Assembly: GCF_001194135.2 (NCBI RefSeq)
Contig: NC_068984.1
Coordinates: forward strand, 120,413,801-120,477,800
Length of the DNA: 64,000 nt
From: Octopus bimaculoides
Lineage: Eukaryota
Reading direction: 5' to 3'
Positions 1-12,944 of this stretch are shown here, one piece after another (positions within the stretch are counted from its first letter, which is position 1; every line of letters begins with the position of its first letter). Both the position numbers and the translations under genes were made by a program. The notes beneath the pieces were generated by a model that saw only the letters and a list, made by a program, of their open reading frames with translations, did no database searches and had not been told where the DNA came from.

Positions 1-1039
1 TTGATTAGCTCCAAATTAAAATCTGGGGCAAAATAACGAAGCTAGTTATTAGATGTTTCTTTACTCTGTTAGCAATCCATAATCATATAACTTCAAGTGT
101 TGCAGTCAACACTTCTTTTTAATGTGTTTTATTGGCTTTGTAATTTCATGAACACTGTTAGAAAACTCAAGCATTAAATGAAAGTACATCCACAATAGGT
201 TATTGTAAGCAACCACATAACTTGCTGTAAGATAAAAGTGTATTGTAAAAGTAAGGAAAATAATAAATAAAAAAAGTAAGACAAATCTATTGATCTTTAT
301 ACATAGATAGCATTAAAACAGCTAATTAGTTATTGATCCATAACACTTTTTTTTTTCATTTTTGTAAATAGCTCTAGAATTTAACTTGTAGATCAAAACT
401 ATAGCTGTCTAGAAAAACACTTCTATTTTTGATCTTTAAGTTAAATTTGTTTCCTGTTTTCCTTGAAAGATTCTGAAATACTCTTTTCCATATATATATA
501 TTCTTTTTTGGGAATTACAGAAAGAGGAAAAAATAGGAAAGAAAATAATAAGAAAAGAGAGAGACGTTGCTGGATTATGAAATATTTAGTTTATCATTTC
601 GCATATTCAAAATATAATTAGTTTTTAAAATTCTAAATTGAATGATTAGGATTAATGATGGTACTGAATTTGAAAGTTCTTGTAATACACTTTCCTACAT
701 ACATATACTTTGGATAAATGGGGAGAAGGAAAAGAAACAGGTAGTTAAATTGTAAAATTTATAATTCCCTTTTAGAATGGTGAATCTCAAATCACATAAA
801 GCTATACTAAAAGAAAAATTATTTCATAATCTTTCAAAGTAAATTCTTATGATGTCAACAACATACAATCCTTGCTGGTAAGAATAAAGTTTCTAAAATG
901 AATAGAGAAACTTGAAGAATTGCTTTGGTCCAGTGATAGAATATCTGTCATATTTACAAATGTGAATATGTGTCTAAAGGGCAGTCTTCAACCTTTTCTA
1001 TCCAAAGGATTTTCAACCCAATTTTTACATGCTATTGAC

Positions 1040-1295
1040 TATATGCTGTGCTTGACAAGCAAGGTCCATCAAGCCAAGAGAAATCATAGTCATGGCAGAT
1101 ATTGATGTCACACAGCTGGCACCTGTGCTGGTGACACATAAAGGCACCAATTACACTCTTGGAGTGGGTTGGCATTAGGAAGGGCATCCAGCGATAGAAA
1201 ACATACCAAATCAGACTGGAATCTGGTGCAGCCCCTCAGTTTACCAGCCCTGGTCAAACCATCCAACCCATGCCAGCATGGACAACGGAGGTTAT

Positions 1296-1327
<32 letters not shown>
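1040..1327 (+). mobile_element. RTE-type LINE/SINE 3' tail with (GAT)n end
   Basis: Motifs ggcattaggaagggcatccagc...ccatccaacccatgccagcatgga and a terminal (gat)n, shared with the RTE 3' end at 9545-10322 that still carries ORF sequence. Confidence 0.8.
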
Positions 1328-1328
<1 letters not shown>

Positions 1329-1380
1329 GTTAATAGCTTTAAGAATTATTTCATGTTCCCTCAGAGTTTTATAAATTCTT

Positions 1381-1535
1381 AGGCATGGCTGGGTGGAAAG
1401 AAGTTTGCTTCCAATCACATGGCTTCAGGTTCAGTCCTACTGTGTGGAATCTTGGGCATGTGTCTTCTGCTATAAGCCCTGAGCCAACCAGAGCATTGTG
1501 ATTGGATTTGGTAGAAAGAAACTGAAAGAAGCCTG

Positions 1536-1581
<46 letters not shown>

Positions 1582-1785
1582 GTGAGTCTTTGTGTATGTG
1601 TTTGTCTCCCACCACTGCTTGAACCGGTGTTGGTGTGGTTATATCTCCATGCCCTAGCAGTTCGGCAAAAGATACCGGTAGAATAAGTACCAGGCTTAAA
1701 AAGAAAATAGTACTGGTGTCAAATAAGTGCCCCAGTATGGCCGCAGTCTAATAACTGAAACAAGTAAACAATAAGAGATATAAAG
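1381..1785 (+). mobile_element. tRNA-headed SINE, family A (internal (TA)n, CR1-type tail)
   Basis: Pol III-like A box (tggctgggtgg) and B box (ggttcagtcc), conserved cttgggcatgtgtcttct core, central (TA)n, tail cagtatggccgcagtc...ctgaaacaagta; many copies in the window. Confidence 0.85.
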
Positions 1786-2265
1786 ATAATATAAATATTC
1801 TATATAATTTTAAAACTTAAAATAAATGATTAAGATGTAATCATAGTACTAGATTTGGTTGCCAAGAATACTAGATTCAAGAAATGTCACAATTTTTGTT
1901 GCCTTCAATGACTCGAAATTTGATAGCAAAGTTATAGTGAAGGGACACTTTTGATATAGAAGAAAACGTTCTGTTTAGCACAAAGCTTTCCTTAACACTG
2001 TTAATTTCAAATTATATATATATATATATTAAATGATGATGATGATTATATAAATATGTATATATTAAAGAGGTATGCATATATAAATATGTATCTAGTT
2101 TTAAGTAATATATAGAGAGAGTTTAAAATTATATATGTATAGTTTTAAATAATCTATATATACCACTTTAAATAACACCCAAACACATATAGTTCACAAT
2201 AATATATAAATAATATATATTTATTCCTGTATATATATATATATATATGTAAATTAATATATTGA

Positions 2266-2312
<47 letters not shown>

Positions 2313-2393
2313 TGATATATTGATTCTAACATACAAATACATATATGTTTGTATATAAAAATAATAATTCTAGGATGGAATTTATAAATATTT

Positions 2394-3390
2394 NNNNNNN
2401 NNNNNNNNNNNNNNNNNNNNNNNNNNNNNNNNNNNNNNNNNNNNNNNNNNNNNNNNNNNNNNNNNNNNNNNNNNNNNNNNNNNNNNNNNNNNNNNNNNNN
2501 NNNNNNNNNNNNNNNNNNNNNNNNNNNNNNNNNNNNNNNNNNNNNNNNNNNNNNNNNNNNNNNNNNNNNNNNNNNNNNNNNNNNNNNNNNNNNNNNNNNN
2601 NNNNNNNNNNNNNNNNNNNNNNNNNNNNNNNNNNNNNNNNNNNNNNNNNNNNNNNNNNNNNNNNNNNNNNNNNNNNNNNNNNNNNNNNNNNNNNNNNNNN
2701 NNNNNNNNNNNNNNNNNNNNNNNNNNNNNNNNNNNNNNNNNNNNNNNNNNNNNNNNNNNNNNNNNNNNNNNNNNNNNNNNNNNNNNNNNNNNNNNNNNNN
2801 NNNNNNNNNNNNNNNNNNNNNNNNNNNNNNNNNNNNNNNNNNNNNNNNNNNNNNNNNNNNNNNNNNNNNNNNNNNNNNNNNNNNNNNNNNNNNNNNNNNN
2901 NNNNNNNNNNNNNNNNNNNNNNNNNNNNNNNNNNNNNNNNNNNNNNNNNNNNNNNNNNNNNNNNNNNNNNNNNNNNNNNNNNNNNNNNNNNNNNNNNNNN
3001 NNNNNNNNNNNNNNNNNNNNNNNNNNNNNNNNNNNNNNNNNNNNNNNNNNNNNNNNNNNNNNNNNNNNNNNNNNNNNNNNNNNNNNNNNNNNNNNNNNNN
3101 NNNNNNNNNNNNNNNNNNNNNNNNNNNNNNNNNNNNNNNNNNNNNNNNNNNNNNNNNNNNNNNNNNNNNNNNNNNNNNNNNNNNNNNNNNNNNNNNNNNN
3201 NNNNNNNNNNNNNNNNNNNNNNNNNNNNNNNNNNNNNNNNNNNNNNNNNNNNNNNNNNNNNNNNNNNNNNNNNNNNNNNNNNNNNNNNNNNNNNNNNNNN
3301 NNNNNNNNNNNNNNNNNNNNNNNNNNNNNNNNNNNNNNNNNNNNNNNNNNNNNNNNNNNNNNNNNNNNNNNNNNNNNNNNNNNNNNNNNN
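2394..3390. other. Assembly gap (N run)
   Basis: 997 N. Other gaps: 4360-4793, 15893-16205, 35581-35616, 39465-39504, 46690-46699, 51070-51861, 53655-53664, 54037-54136; most abut microsatellites. Confidence 1.
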
Positions 3391-3578
3391 ACGCATGCGT
3401 CATACAGTCTGCCTTTTACTCTGAGTGAGAGTCCCTTTGTCGCCAGCAGGGGTAAGAGCTCTCTAAACTTTGCCCAGGCTATTCTTATTCTAGCAGCTAC
3501 ACTTTCAGTGCACCCACCCCCACTACTAACTTGGTCGCCCAGATAGCGGAAGCTATCGACTACCTCTAGTTTTTCACC
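3391..3578 (-). mobile_element. RTE LINE ORF fragment (post-RT-core region), uninterrupted
   Basis: Minus strand reads GEKLEVVDSFRYLGDQVSSGGGCTESVAARIRIAWAKFRELLPLLATKGLSLRVKGRLYDAC, with the FRYLG motif typical of RTE ORFs; runs into the N gap. Confidence 0.9.
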
Positions 3579-3984
3579 AAATAGTTATGACAATGGCATT
3601 TGTCTGACTGCCATAAAAATGATTTTCACATAGTGGATTACTGTTTCATATTCTTGATCACAATTGTGTGGTGGGAAGTTCGTTTCACAAACATGTTGTT
3701 TCGAGATTGAATTCATAGTGCAGCACCTTAGGCATGTGTCTTCTACTGTTGACTTATGATTTATGAGTGACATTTAGTAGATGGAAATAGTGTGGTAGTC
3801 CATTGAGCCTGTATGTGTGTATATATATGCATGAATATCAATGCATGTCTGTCTGACTAACATATATTTATGCATATATAAGGAATATATGTATATCTGT
3901 ATGTGTACACATCTATATGCATATATACTTACATATTGTACATGTATATATGGATATTATGTATGTACACACACACACATGCTC

Positions 3985-4147
3985 ACTCTGTAAAGTGGTT
4001 GGCTTTAGAAGGGGCATCCAGCCATAGAAATGTTGCCAAATCAGACTGGAGTCTGATGCAGCTTGCCAGTTCTGGTCAAACCATCCACTCCATGCCGGCA
4101 TGGACAACAGATGTTAAATGATGATGATGATGATGATGATGATGATA
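3985..4147 (+). mobile_element. RTE-type tail fragment with (GAT)n
   Basis: gtggttggctttagaaggggcatccagcc...catgccggcatggacaacagatgttaaatgatgat. Confidence 0.8.
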
Positions 4148-4255
4148 TATATTGTATGTATGTGCATGTGTGTATATGTATATGTATATCATACATTTAT
4201 GCATGCATATTTATGTATAAATATGTCTATCTGTCTGTCTGTCTATATATATGTC

Positions 4256-4298
<43 letters not shown>

Positions 4299-4955
4299 GT
4301 ACAAAATATTTACATATGTCTGTGTGTGCATGTATATATGTACATAAACGCATACATATNNNNNNNNNNNNNNNNNNNNNNNNNNNNNNNNNNNNNNNNN
4401 NNNNNNNNNNNNNNNNNNNNNNNNNNNNNNNNNNNNNNNNNNNNNNNNNNNNNNNNNNNNNNNNNNNNNNNNNNNNNNNNNNNNNNNNNNNNNNNNNNNN
4501 NNNNNNNNNNNNNNNNNNNNNNNNNNNNNNNNNNNNNNNNNNNNNNNNNNNNNNNNNNNNNNNNNNNNNNNNNNNNNNNNNNNNNNNNNNNNNNNNNNNN
4601 NNNNNNNNNNNNNNNNNNNNNNNNNNNNNNNNNNNNNNNNNNNNNNNNNNNNNNNNNNNNNNNNNNNNNNNNNNNNNNNNNNNNNNNNNNNNNNNNNNNN
4701 NNNNNNNNNNNNNNNNNNNNNNNNNNNNNNNNNNNNNNNNNNNNNNNNNNNNNNNNNNNNNNNNNNNNNNNNNNNNNNNNNNNNNNNNNNNNNTGAAATA
4801 AGCATTGGCACCCGTATGGCTAATGAAACCCTTGAAGGTGATGCCCTAGCTGGGCTACAGTTCAGTTACTGATATTGCTAAAAGTCTAAAAGATGAAGCT
4901 TTCATTTTTTAGCTTGGCATGCATAAATACATACATACATACATATATACATTTT

Positions 4956-5012
<57 letters not shown>

Positions 5013-5204
5013 CAAAATCTTCAGGATAGTGGGTATTAAAACAAATCAGACTCTGTTAGCTGGTGATCAGAAAGAAGCAACTCTGAGTACTGGAAATTGG
5101 AGCCTTTGAGTTATAATGTACTGAAGAATAGCCTACATTTGTAGGGTGTCCTGTAATCTATCACATCCGGTGAAACAACAGAGATTTATATATATATATA
5201 TATA

Positions 5205-5420
5205 TTTGCCCCTCCCCTCTCAAAGGATCTTTGTCTTGGGAGTTACTTGGTGACCCTGCCAATACTGGTGGCACATAAAAAGCAGTCAGTCCACTCTGCT
5301 GGGTGGTTGGTGTGACAAAGGGCATCCAGCTGTAAAAATCATAGCTAAACAGACACAGAAGCCAGGTACAGTTTTCTGCCTGACCAGCTCCTGTCAAACC
5401 ATCCAGTCCAGCAACAACAA
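5205..5420 (+). mobile_element. Retroelement 3' tail (cccctctcaaaggatc subtype)
   Basis: Nearly the same sequence recurs at 13370-13465; carries the shared aagggcatccagctgta motif. Confidence 0.75.
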
Positions 5421-6110
5421 AATGACAACAGAAAGCCCAGAAATGGATACAAAGATGGTGAGGATGAGAGTGTAGGTTTAGAGAGTACTCAACCTAGAAC
5501 TGAGAAGGTAACTAGGATAGAGCAATGAATTCTGAATGACCACAGTGGGTGAAGAAGGGAAGACTTGAGAGTATGATAGAGAGCAGGCAGGGTGTCAAGA
5601 GTATGATAGAAAGCAGGTGGGTGTCAGGAGAGAAGTAATTATAACAGCAGAGGTGGCCAAAGGTAAGATGGATTGTGGTAGTGGTGTTAAAAGAACAACA
5701 AGAGTGATGAAAAAAGGCTATTTGGAGTGAAATCAAAGTAATTGGCCATAGCAGAGGTAAACAAAGGTCAAAGTGGGTGATGAGGTAAAAGTAAGCGTAA
5801 CTGAGTGGTGGCAAAGGAGGAGAGAGTATGTTGTATGACAGCACAGCAAGGCATAATTAGAATGTATTGGACAGGGATATGACAGGGGTGTAATGCAGCC
5901 TTCTACATATATATAGGGCTACTGAAGGGTGAGGTGGGGGCAGAGTGATGAAGATGGTGTAATCAACACAGGTGAAGAGATGAGAGATAGGTGAGTTAAG
6001 AGCGATAAGGTAATGAGTGAGAGGAGTGAGGGGGATGAGTTGTAGAGAGGAGAGGTCAAAGATATAAGGTAAGAGAGGCAGCAAATGTAGGTTTTGGAGG
6101 GGACAAAATA
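5420..6110 (-). mobile_element. Degraded LINE ORF2 3' remnant, tentatively I/Nimb-like
   Basis: Strong purine/pyrimidine strand skew; minus frame LTFGHLCCYNYF...LSSLPFFTHC loosely resembles the C-terminal GH...CP region of I-group elements; related to 57140-57530. Confidence 0.35.
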
Positions 6111-6139
6111 TTACATCCTCTAACTAGTAGCCTTGTACC

Positions 6140-6900
6140 AGGGAGTATATTTATGTGGGTGGTTGGGTCTTCTGCAGCACCATGTATCATCAGTCAGTAT
6201 TGTCCTTTGTTGTATCCTCTGTGAGGTGCAGCATCTTCAGGTCCTTCTTCATTACTTTACCCAATATCTTCTTTGGTCCCCTTCTGTCACAGGTTACATT
6301 AACTGAGAATGCTCAGCATTTTCGTACCTAACAGTCATCCTCCATATATGTCATGTGTTCATGTTAGCACAGCTTTCTCTTTTGAACACACTACATCTAA
6401 TTCTTTTAATACCTAGTTTTATTCTTAGCTCATTTGTACTCTGGTGTTCATACAAACTAACATTACACATCTGTTGAAACATGCTAACTTCATTTTTTTC
6501 CATTTTAATCTATGCATGCCTTCTATATTCAAGACCCATGTCTTATTAACATGCAGTATCACAGTTATACCACAAGCACCATGCAATCTACCCTCCATTC
6601 TGAGGGAGGAAAAAAAAGACCTTTGCCAGAAGAAATAATATTCTCCTTAATATTTTCTAACTTCTTACTCTGGCTACTATATTTTCTGACCAGTCACATC
6701 CCCTTTAATAATGTCTCCTTGGAAACAGAGGCTCTCAACTTCTAGTGAGCCATTCACACATATAAGTCAATCTACTGTACTCATAGTACATATTGCTCCA
6801 GTTCATCTATCACATACAAAACGAACCTTTCCTGTTTGTCTTTCCTGTAATTCCACTTATCTCTTGTGTGTTCATAGTTTACTCTTTCTCTGCATACTGA
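6140..6900 (-). mobile_element. Degraded RTE LINE 3' coding region
   Basis: Minus strand gives decayed equivalents of the LEVVDSF.YLGD and KKFRELLPLL motifs and of the ORF end; multiple stops and frameshifts. Confidence 0.6.
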
Positions 6901-7084
6901 AACAAGACCATTTCTATTTTCTTTCCTACTTAATAACGCATTAGTCTTGCTAAGTTAATCTTGAGGCCTCTTGGTTTTAGGTTCCATATATGGAAGCAGG
7001 CAGGGATTTTCTATTTATGGAAAATCCATATATGGATTTTACTTCCATATATTGCATTTTTCTATAATTCTATTATAGATTTAA

Positions 7085-7497
7085 CTACAAGAACTAGATC
7101 GTCTGTATATAGGAGTACCACTCACAACTAGTCTTAAACTATTCTGTGATAACCTGCAATCATCTTTGTAAGAATATTGCATCTCTGGTATGGTGCTGAA
7201 CTGCATTTTATCTAAGCTAACTCTGTTCCTGATCAACTGTACAATGACTTTTTCAGTGACCTTCATAACCTGGTCCAACAATTTGATGCCTTTATAATTT
7301 CCTTTCTCCATAATTTGCCTTTATAGCAGTTTACAATGATACTATAACGTCTCCCTTTATTACTTGATTGACCGTTCAAGTGACTATCATGTATTCTACT
7401 TTGCCAGATATTTTGACCATCTTGGTAACTGATAGGTTTGCAGCTTCCCCCCCTCTTTATGTCCTCCATTGCTCTATCTACCACACTGCCATCATGC
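7085..7497 (-). mobile_element. RTE LINE reverse transcriptase N-terminal fragment
   Basis: MVKISGKVEYMIVT..VNQVIKG, SIIVNCYKGK, GNYKGIKLLDQVMKVTEKVIVQLIRNRVSLDKMQF: the NYRGI...QFG stretch at the start of the RTE RT domain; frameshifted. Confidence 0.88.
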
Positions 7498-7566
7498 TCA
7501 TAGTGCCACACAGTAGGACCATGTGGTTGGGAAGCAGACTTCTTACCACACAGCCACACCTGCACC
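7495..7566 (-). mobile_element. Family A SINE head fragment
   Basis: Reverse complement of ggtgtggctgtgtggtaagaagtctgcttcccaaccacatgg. Confidence 0.75.
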
Positions 7567-8359
7567 TATATAATATAATATAATATAATATAATATAATA
7601 TATAATACTATATAGTGTGTATGTGTGTGTGTGTTATATGTATAACATAATATATATATGATTTATAAAGATGGTGCCTGTGATTTCAAAGGCCTGCTGT
7701 TATATATTTTTATGTATGCATACACATTTTATATATACACATATCTGTAATTATGTGCATACCTTTATGTGCCAACAGGTTGGGAAGTACTCAGTTCAAC
7801 GACTACAGTTTATAGTTTTTATTTAAAAACTGTCTAATTCACAAATTCAGTTACTAGTTTCCTGTAAATTTTATCTGAGATCTAGATACTGTATATAGTT
7901 GTGTTTGTTGTGTGTAAAATCATGAATTCAAATGCACCATCTATTCGCACAGTGAAGCTGTATGTTTGTTTATTGAATTTAACACATTTATTTACAACTC
8001 AACTACAAAGAAGCTGTTTCATGATTTTAATTAATACATGTTTCAGGTGATTGTAATGATATGAAAATATTCACAGGTCAATGCTTATTGTCCATCATGC
8101 TCCTCATAATTAGCCAAGGCGACCAATTCTGGCATTCTTTTTCAGTCTGTCTCTATCTGCAGATGGGATGATGTTTACACACCTGATAAGCTTGTAAATG
8201 ATCAGACTAAACTAGTGGTGTTGTTCTTCATTCCATTCTGCAGAGAAACTTTTGTAGTTCAACCAGAAAATCTGTTTGTATTTAGTGGCTAAATGAATGT
8301 TTATAAAGCATAAGCATATAAAGATATTTACAGTATGTGTGTGTGTGTGTGTGTGTGTA

Positions 8360-9530
8360 AATCAGAATCATTTTGGATCCATTTTTTCATGCTTGTATAT
8401 GCAGCACATATGTTTTCCAGTGCTACATTTCGCCACTTGTTTCATACATTATCATCTCTTTATTGTGGTCATCCTTTACCATTTCTTCCCATGTCTTTCA
8501 CAGCCTTCTCTCTGCAGCTTCCCTCATTCAACGTAGTTTAATTGGTACTTCTTTACTCAGCTGTAATCCTCTAGAAGATTCATATCTACGCAAGTTTAGT
8601 CTTCCCTCTTGAATATAATATCTGTTTCTTTTCATATCCACTTTGTTTTTCTTAAATCATTTCTGCTCTGTCTTTTAAGTCCATTAACGTTACATATCCA
8701 GCATTGTTTCTTTCTTGCCTTTACATATCCTCTGCATTCAATATGCATGTGTCTTGACTGTGCAGTATTGCACTTAGTAACACAAGCAGCATGTAAGCTG
8801 CTTTTGACTCACAGAGAAAATTCCTTTGTTGCCAATAACGGTAAAAACCCACTGAACTTTTCCCACCTTCTTGTTATACTGGCCATTATGTTTTTAGCAC
8901 AGCCATTCTCACTGTTGAATAGGTTATCTTGGTAACAGAAGCTCACAACTATATCTAAAGAGCTTTTAACATGTTTGAAGAGATTCATTTCATGGTCAGT
9001 TTCCTGAAATTGCAAATGGTGCGGTCATTTGCGTCATTGAATTTTAAGAGCCCTGATTCATTGCTTTAGCTGATGTATATTGGACAAGCCATCATAGTGT
9101 TGCTCAATTGAAAATTCTGGTGTGATTATTGTTATCTTTCTTTGTTGCTTCTTAACCACATTGCTGCCATGTGGTAGTTGTATGGTATAGAAGAAACTCC
9201 ATATAAGGACTTTCTTTATCTGGCTGCTGTTTACATGACCACAACTGGAGTCTGCCAAAATATTATATTTTACTGTTTAATGAAGATGTGTAAGGGTAGC
9301 TATTGCAGTTTGATGCAATCCACAATATGGCTGAAGAGTGAAAGTGAGATGAAGTTACTAAAGAGAGTGAGTTTTTGTTACTTAGTTGATGCTGGGAATT
9401 TTGAAGAAGATTTTGGAAAGTTGTTTACCAGTATGTCCATTCTGTGCTTATATTTGATACAATGTCCTTAAAGAGATGTGACTAAGCATTTTGAACTTGT
9501 GAAAATTGTTTCCCAGCTTTAGCTGAATAA
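8360..9530 (-). mobile_element. Old degraded RTE LINE (RT core to 3' end)
   Basis: SSLDIVVSFCYQDNLFNSENGCAKNIMASITRRWEKFSGFLPLLATKEFSL, decayed KTWEEMVKDD and a caagcatgaaaaaatggat tail near 8380; the left half is firm, the boundary near 9530 approximate. Confidence 0.7.
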
Positions 9531-9544
9531 CTTATTGTATTGTA

Positions 9545-10322
9545 ACATATGACCATACCAGCGCAGTCACAAGGGAGGCGACTGCGTTGGTATGGTCATA
9601 TGTTATGTATGAATGAGGACAGCTGTGTGAGGAAGTGCCACTCCCTAACTGTAGAAGGAACCTGTGGAAAAGGTAGACCCAGGAAGACATGGGATGAGGT
9701 GGTGAAGCATGACCTTCGAACATTGGGCCTCACAAAGGCAATGACAGGAGACTGAGACCTTTGGAGATATTCTGTGTTTGAGAAGACCTGGCAACTAAAG
9801 TGAGATCACAGCCACGCATGTCTGGCCCAGTTAAGAATACCCCTGATGTATCGGGTGATATCATGTGCTTGAGAAGATCTGTTGAATCAAGTAAAACCAA
9901 TATTGTAGCTGTGGCCAGTGCCCCCTGACTGGCTCCCATGCCACTGGCACGTAAAATGCACCATCCAAATGTGGTTGATGCCAGGTCTGTCTGATTGGCT
10001 CCCATGCTGGCAGCATGTAAAAAGCACCAACCAGACGTGGCCAATGCCAGTACACTCCAACTGGGTCTTGTGTTGGTGGCATGTAAAAAGCACTATCCAA
10101 ATATGATCAATGCCAGGCCTGCCTGACTGGCTCCTGTGCTGGTGGCACGTAAAAAGCACCCACTACACTCTCGGAGTGGTTGGCATTAGGAAGGGCATCC
10201 AGCTGTAGAAACATTAACAGATCAAATTAGAGCCTTGTGCAGCCGCTAGCTCTCCAGATTTCGGTCAAACTGTCCAACCCATGCCAGCATGGAAAATGGG
10301 CGTTAAACAATGTTGATGATGA
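9545..10322 (+). mobile_element. RTE LINE 3' end with tandem-repeat 3' UTR
   Basis: RRLRWYGHMLCMNEDSCVRKCHSLTVEGTCGKGRPRKTWDEVVKHDLRTLGL (RLRW.GH and GRPRKTW motifs), four ~60-66 bp UTR repeats, (gat)n end. Confidence 0.92.
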
Positions 10323-10449
10323 GAACTGAATTATTTTTTATTTGACCCAAGTGTTCATCTTCACTCTTAGAAGCACAAATGTAATGTATCTGTTTTAAGT
10401 AAAGTATACTATGATGCACCTAGACCAGAAGTAGAAATAATGATTCAAT

Positions 10450-10611
10450 AATGAAATGCGTGCACACACACACACATACACACACACACACACGTACACA
10501 TATATTAGTGTGTGAATATACACATATACATTTGTGTGTGTGTGTCCATGCATACTTATCTACCTACCTATCCACACACACATCTATGTGTGTATATGTA
10601 TTTACATACAT

Positions 10612-10697
<86 letters not shown>

Positions 10698-10780
10698 ATA
10701 CACACATATATATATGTACACACTATACATATACATACAATACATTTCATGTACCTTCATTTGTGTGTGTATGTACATAA
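10450..10780. repeat. Compound (CA)n/(TA)n microsatellite
   Basis: Directly visible dinucleotide runs. Confidence 0.95.
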
Positions 10781-11251
10781 TTGTTCACAGATGGCAGCCT
10801 TAAATGCTAAGTTCCTTTCTGTCTTATTCTTCCTTACATTTCCTATACATTGTTTTAACTCCCTGTCTGCTGTGACCATCCTATCTTTCATGTTTTTATT
10901 ATGATCATGTGTGTGATTTGAGAGAAATTTAGCTGCTGCTGTATTATCCAATCCCATAAACTTTAGTTTACATTGTGTCTAATATCAATGCTTCTTGATC
11001 GTGTCATTCTATATCTTAAGACAGTATCATATGACATTTCCATGAGCTCTTCTGGTGTCTCTTGGTGTACAGTATTCTCAAATGTAAATTATATAGGTGT
11101 TGCTGTTTTATCACCTAATGCCCTATTGTCTCTCTGTCTTCTACTCAGCTTAGGTCCTACTGAAAAAAAAATAAATAAAATGTATCTGTTTCTTTTTTGT
11201 AACCAAAATATGAAGTAGACTTGTTTTAAGCAATATACTAGGATGGGATGA

Positions 11252-11287
<36 letters not shown>

Positions 11288-11288
<1 letters not shown>

Positions 11289-12734
11289 TTGTAAAAAAAA
11301 CATCATATAAACATGTCTATGGCTTGGATTGACTTTAAGAAGGCATATGATATGATGCCTCGTTCTTGGCTCGTTGAATGCCAGCAGATGTTTGGTGGTG
11401 CTGACAATATCACAAATTTCCTGATGCATAGCATGAAAGAGTTGAAAACCAAACTGTACTCAAGTAATGTATTCCTTGGAGAAGTTGATATTAAAAGGGG
11501 TATAATGCAAGGTGACTTGTTTTCTCCGTTACTATTTGTAATTGCACTATTACGCATAACAATGACACATAGGAAAGTTAAGATAGGTTACCAATGTGGG
11601 AAGAAAGGCCCATCCTTGAACTATCTTCTGTTTATGGATGACCTGAAATTGTTTGAGAAATCTGAAAAACAGATTCCTTAACCAAAATGGTCCAGAAGTG
11701 TGGTAGGGACATCGATATGGAATTTGGGATTACTAAATGCTCAGTACTTAATATGAAAAGAGGGAAGAAAGCAGCCTGCAGAGGATTGCGGTTATCATCA
11801 GGAGAGACCATGGGTGAACTCGACGGTAGTGGGTATAGATATTTAGGGATTTTGGAGCTGGATGACGTTCTACACACAGAAATGAAATTCAAGGTCAGTG
11901 AGGCGTATCAAAAAAAGGTGAAGGTGGTGTTGAAATCCAACCTGAATGCCAAAAATTTGATTACCACAATGAATATCTGGGCAGTTGTAGTGGTCAGATA
12001 TAGTGTATCCATCCTCAAATGGACTAAGGAGGAAATATCAACACTGGATAGAAGGACGAGAAAGTTGATGACGCTGCATGGGGCGCTACACCCTAAAGCA
12101 AACATAACCAAACTGTATATGAAAAGAAAGAATAGTGGCAGAGGACTAATTAGTATAGACCATTGTATAAGGAGTGAAAGAATACAAGCATTGCCATGAT
12201 AAAGTGTGTATGTATCTTCATTGGCTCTTATGCTGTAAATACCAATATGAAGTAACAAAGAACTGGTATGAGTGTGTACCAAGTAAAGTTATGCAAGAGG
12301 ATGAAAAAGTAATGATACTCTGTGACTATGATTTTCAGACGGATTGTATAATCAAACACCATTAACCAGGTATTGTCATATTGAATAAGAGAGACAAATA
12401 CTGTCAGATCATTGATGTAGCCATATCAAATGACATGAATGTTGTGAGTAAAGAGGTTGAAAAAATCACCAAGTACTCCGAATTGAAAGTAGAAATGGCA
12501 AGATTGTATGGAATGCGAGAGGGTAATGTAAAAGCATTGAGCTCAATCCCATTGAAACTTCAAGACTTCTTAAGGCAACTGGAAATCCCATGCAAGATTG
12601 ATGTCTTGCAAAAAACTGCCTTATTGGGCACAGTGCACAATTTTAGGAAAGTATTATCTGTCTGGGGTCCTTGTTGTGATTTGACAGATGACTAAAGACT
12701 CTGGTGAATTTTTACCTACTCTGTGTTATGAAGG
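11288..12734 (+). mobile_element. 5'-truncated R4/Dong-type non-LTR retrotransposon (RT plus restriction-like endonuclease), pseudogenised
   Basis: MAWIDFKKAYD, KRGIMQGDLFSPLLF, LLFMDDLKLF (YxDD equivalent), YRYLGI, LYMKRKNSGRGL, then HDKV, PGIV...IIDVAI...EKITKY (decayed PD-(D/E)xK nuclease); flanked on both sides by (AAT)n. Confidence 0.88.
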
Positions 12735-12789
12735 AATAATAATAATAATGATGATAATAATAATAATAATATGAATATCAACAACAACT

Positions 12790-12925
12790 CATTTTAATTT
12801 TGGCACAAGGCCAGTAACTTTAGGGGAAGGGTAAGTTAATTACATAGACCCTGATAGGATGAAAGACAATGTCAACCTCAGTGGAATTTGAATTCAGAAT
12901 GTTAAGAAATATCATCGAGTTTTGT
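12790..12925 (-). mobile_element. Family E SINE fragment
   Basis: ggcacaaggcc...ggatgaaag...gtcaacctcagtggaatttgaa matches copies at 44380-45118. Confidence 0.7.
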
Positions 12926-12944
12926 CTGACACACTTTTGTTTTG

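Noticed and set aside
2168-4811. Long ORFs of 180-411 aa in the track
   Set aside because: They are N gaps translated as X plus (TA)n; not coding. The same applies to 15773-16281 and 50903-51940
8110-8292. 60-codon open frame ending WDDVYTPDKLVNDQTKLVVLFFIPF
   Set aside because: No recognisable domain or convincing donor; lies among LINE debris
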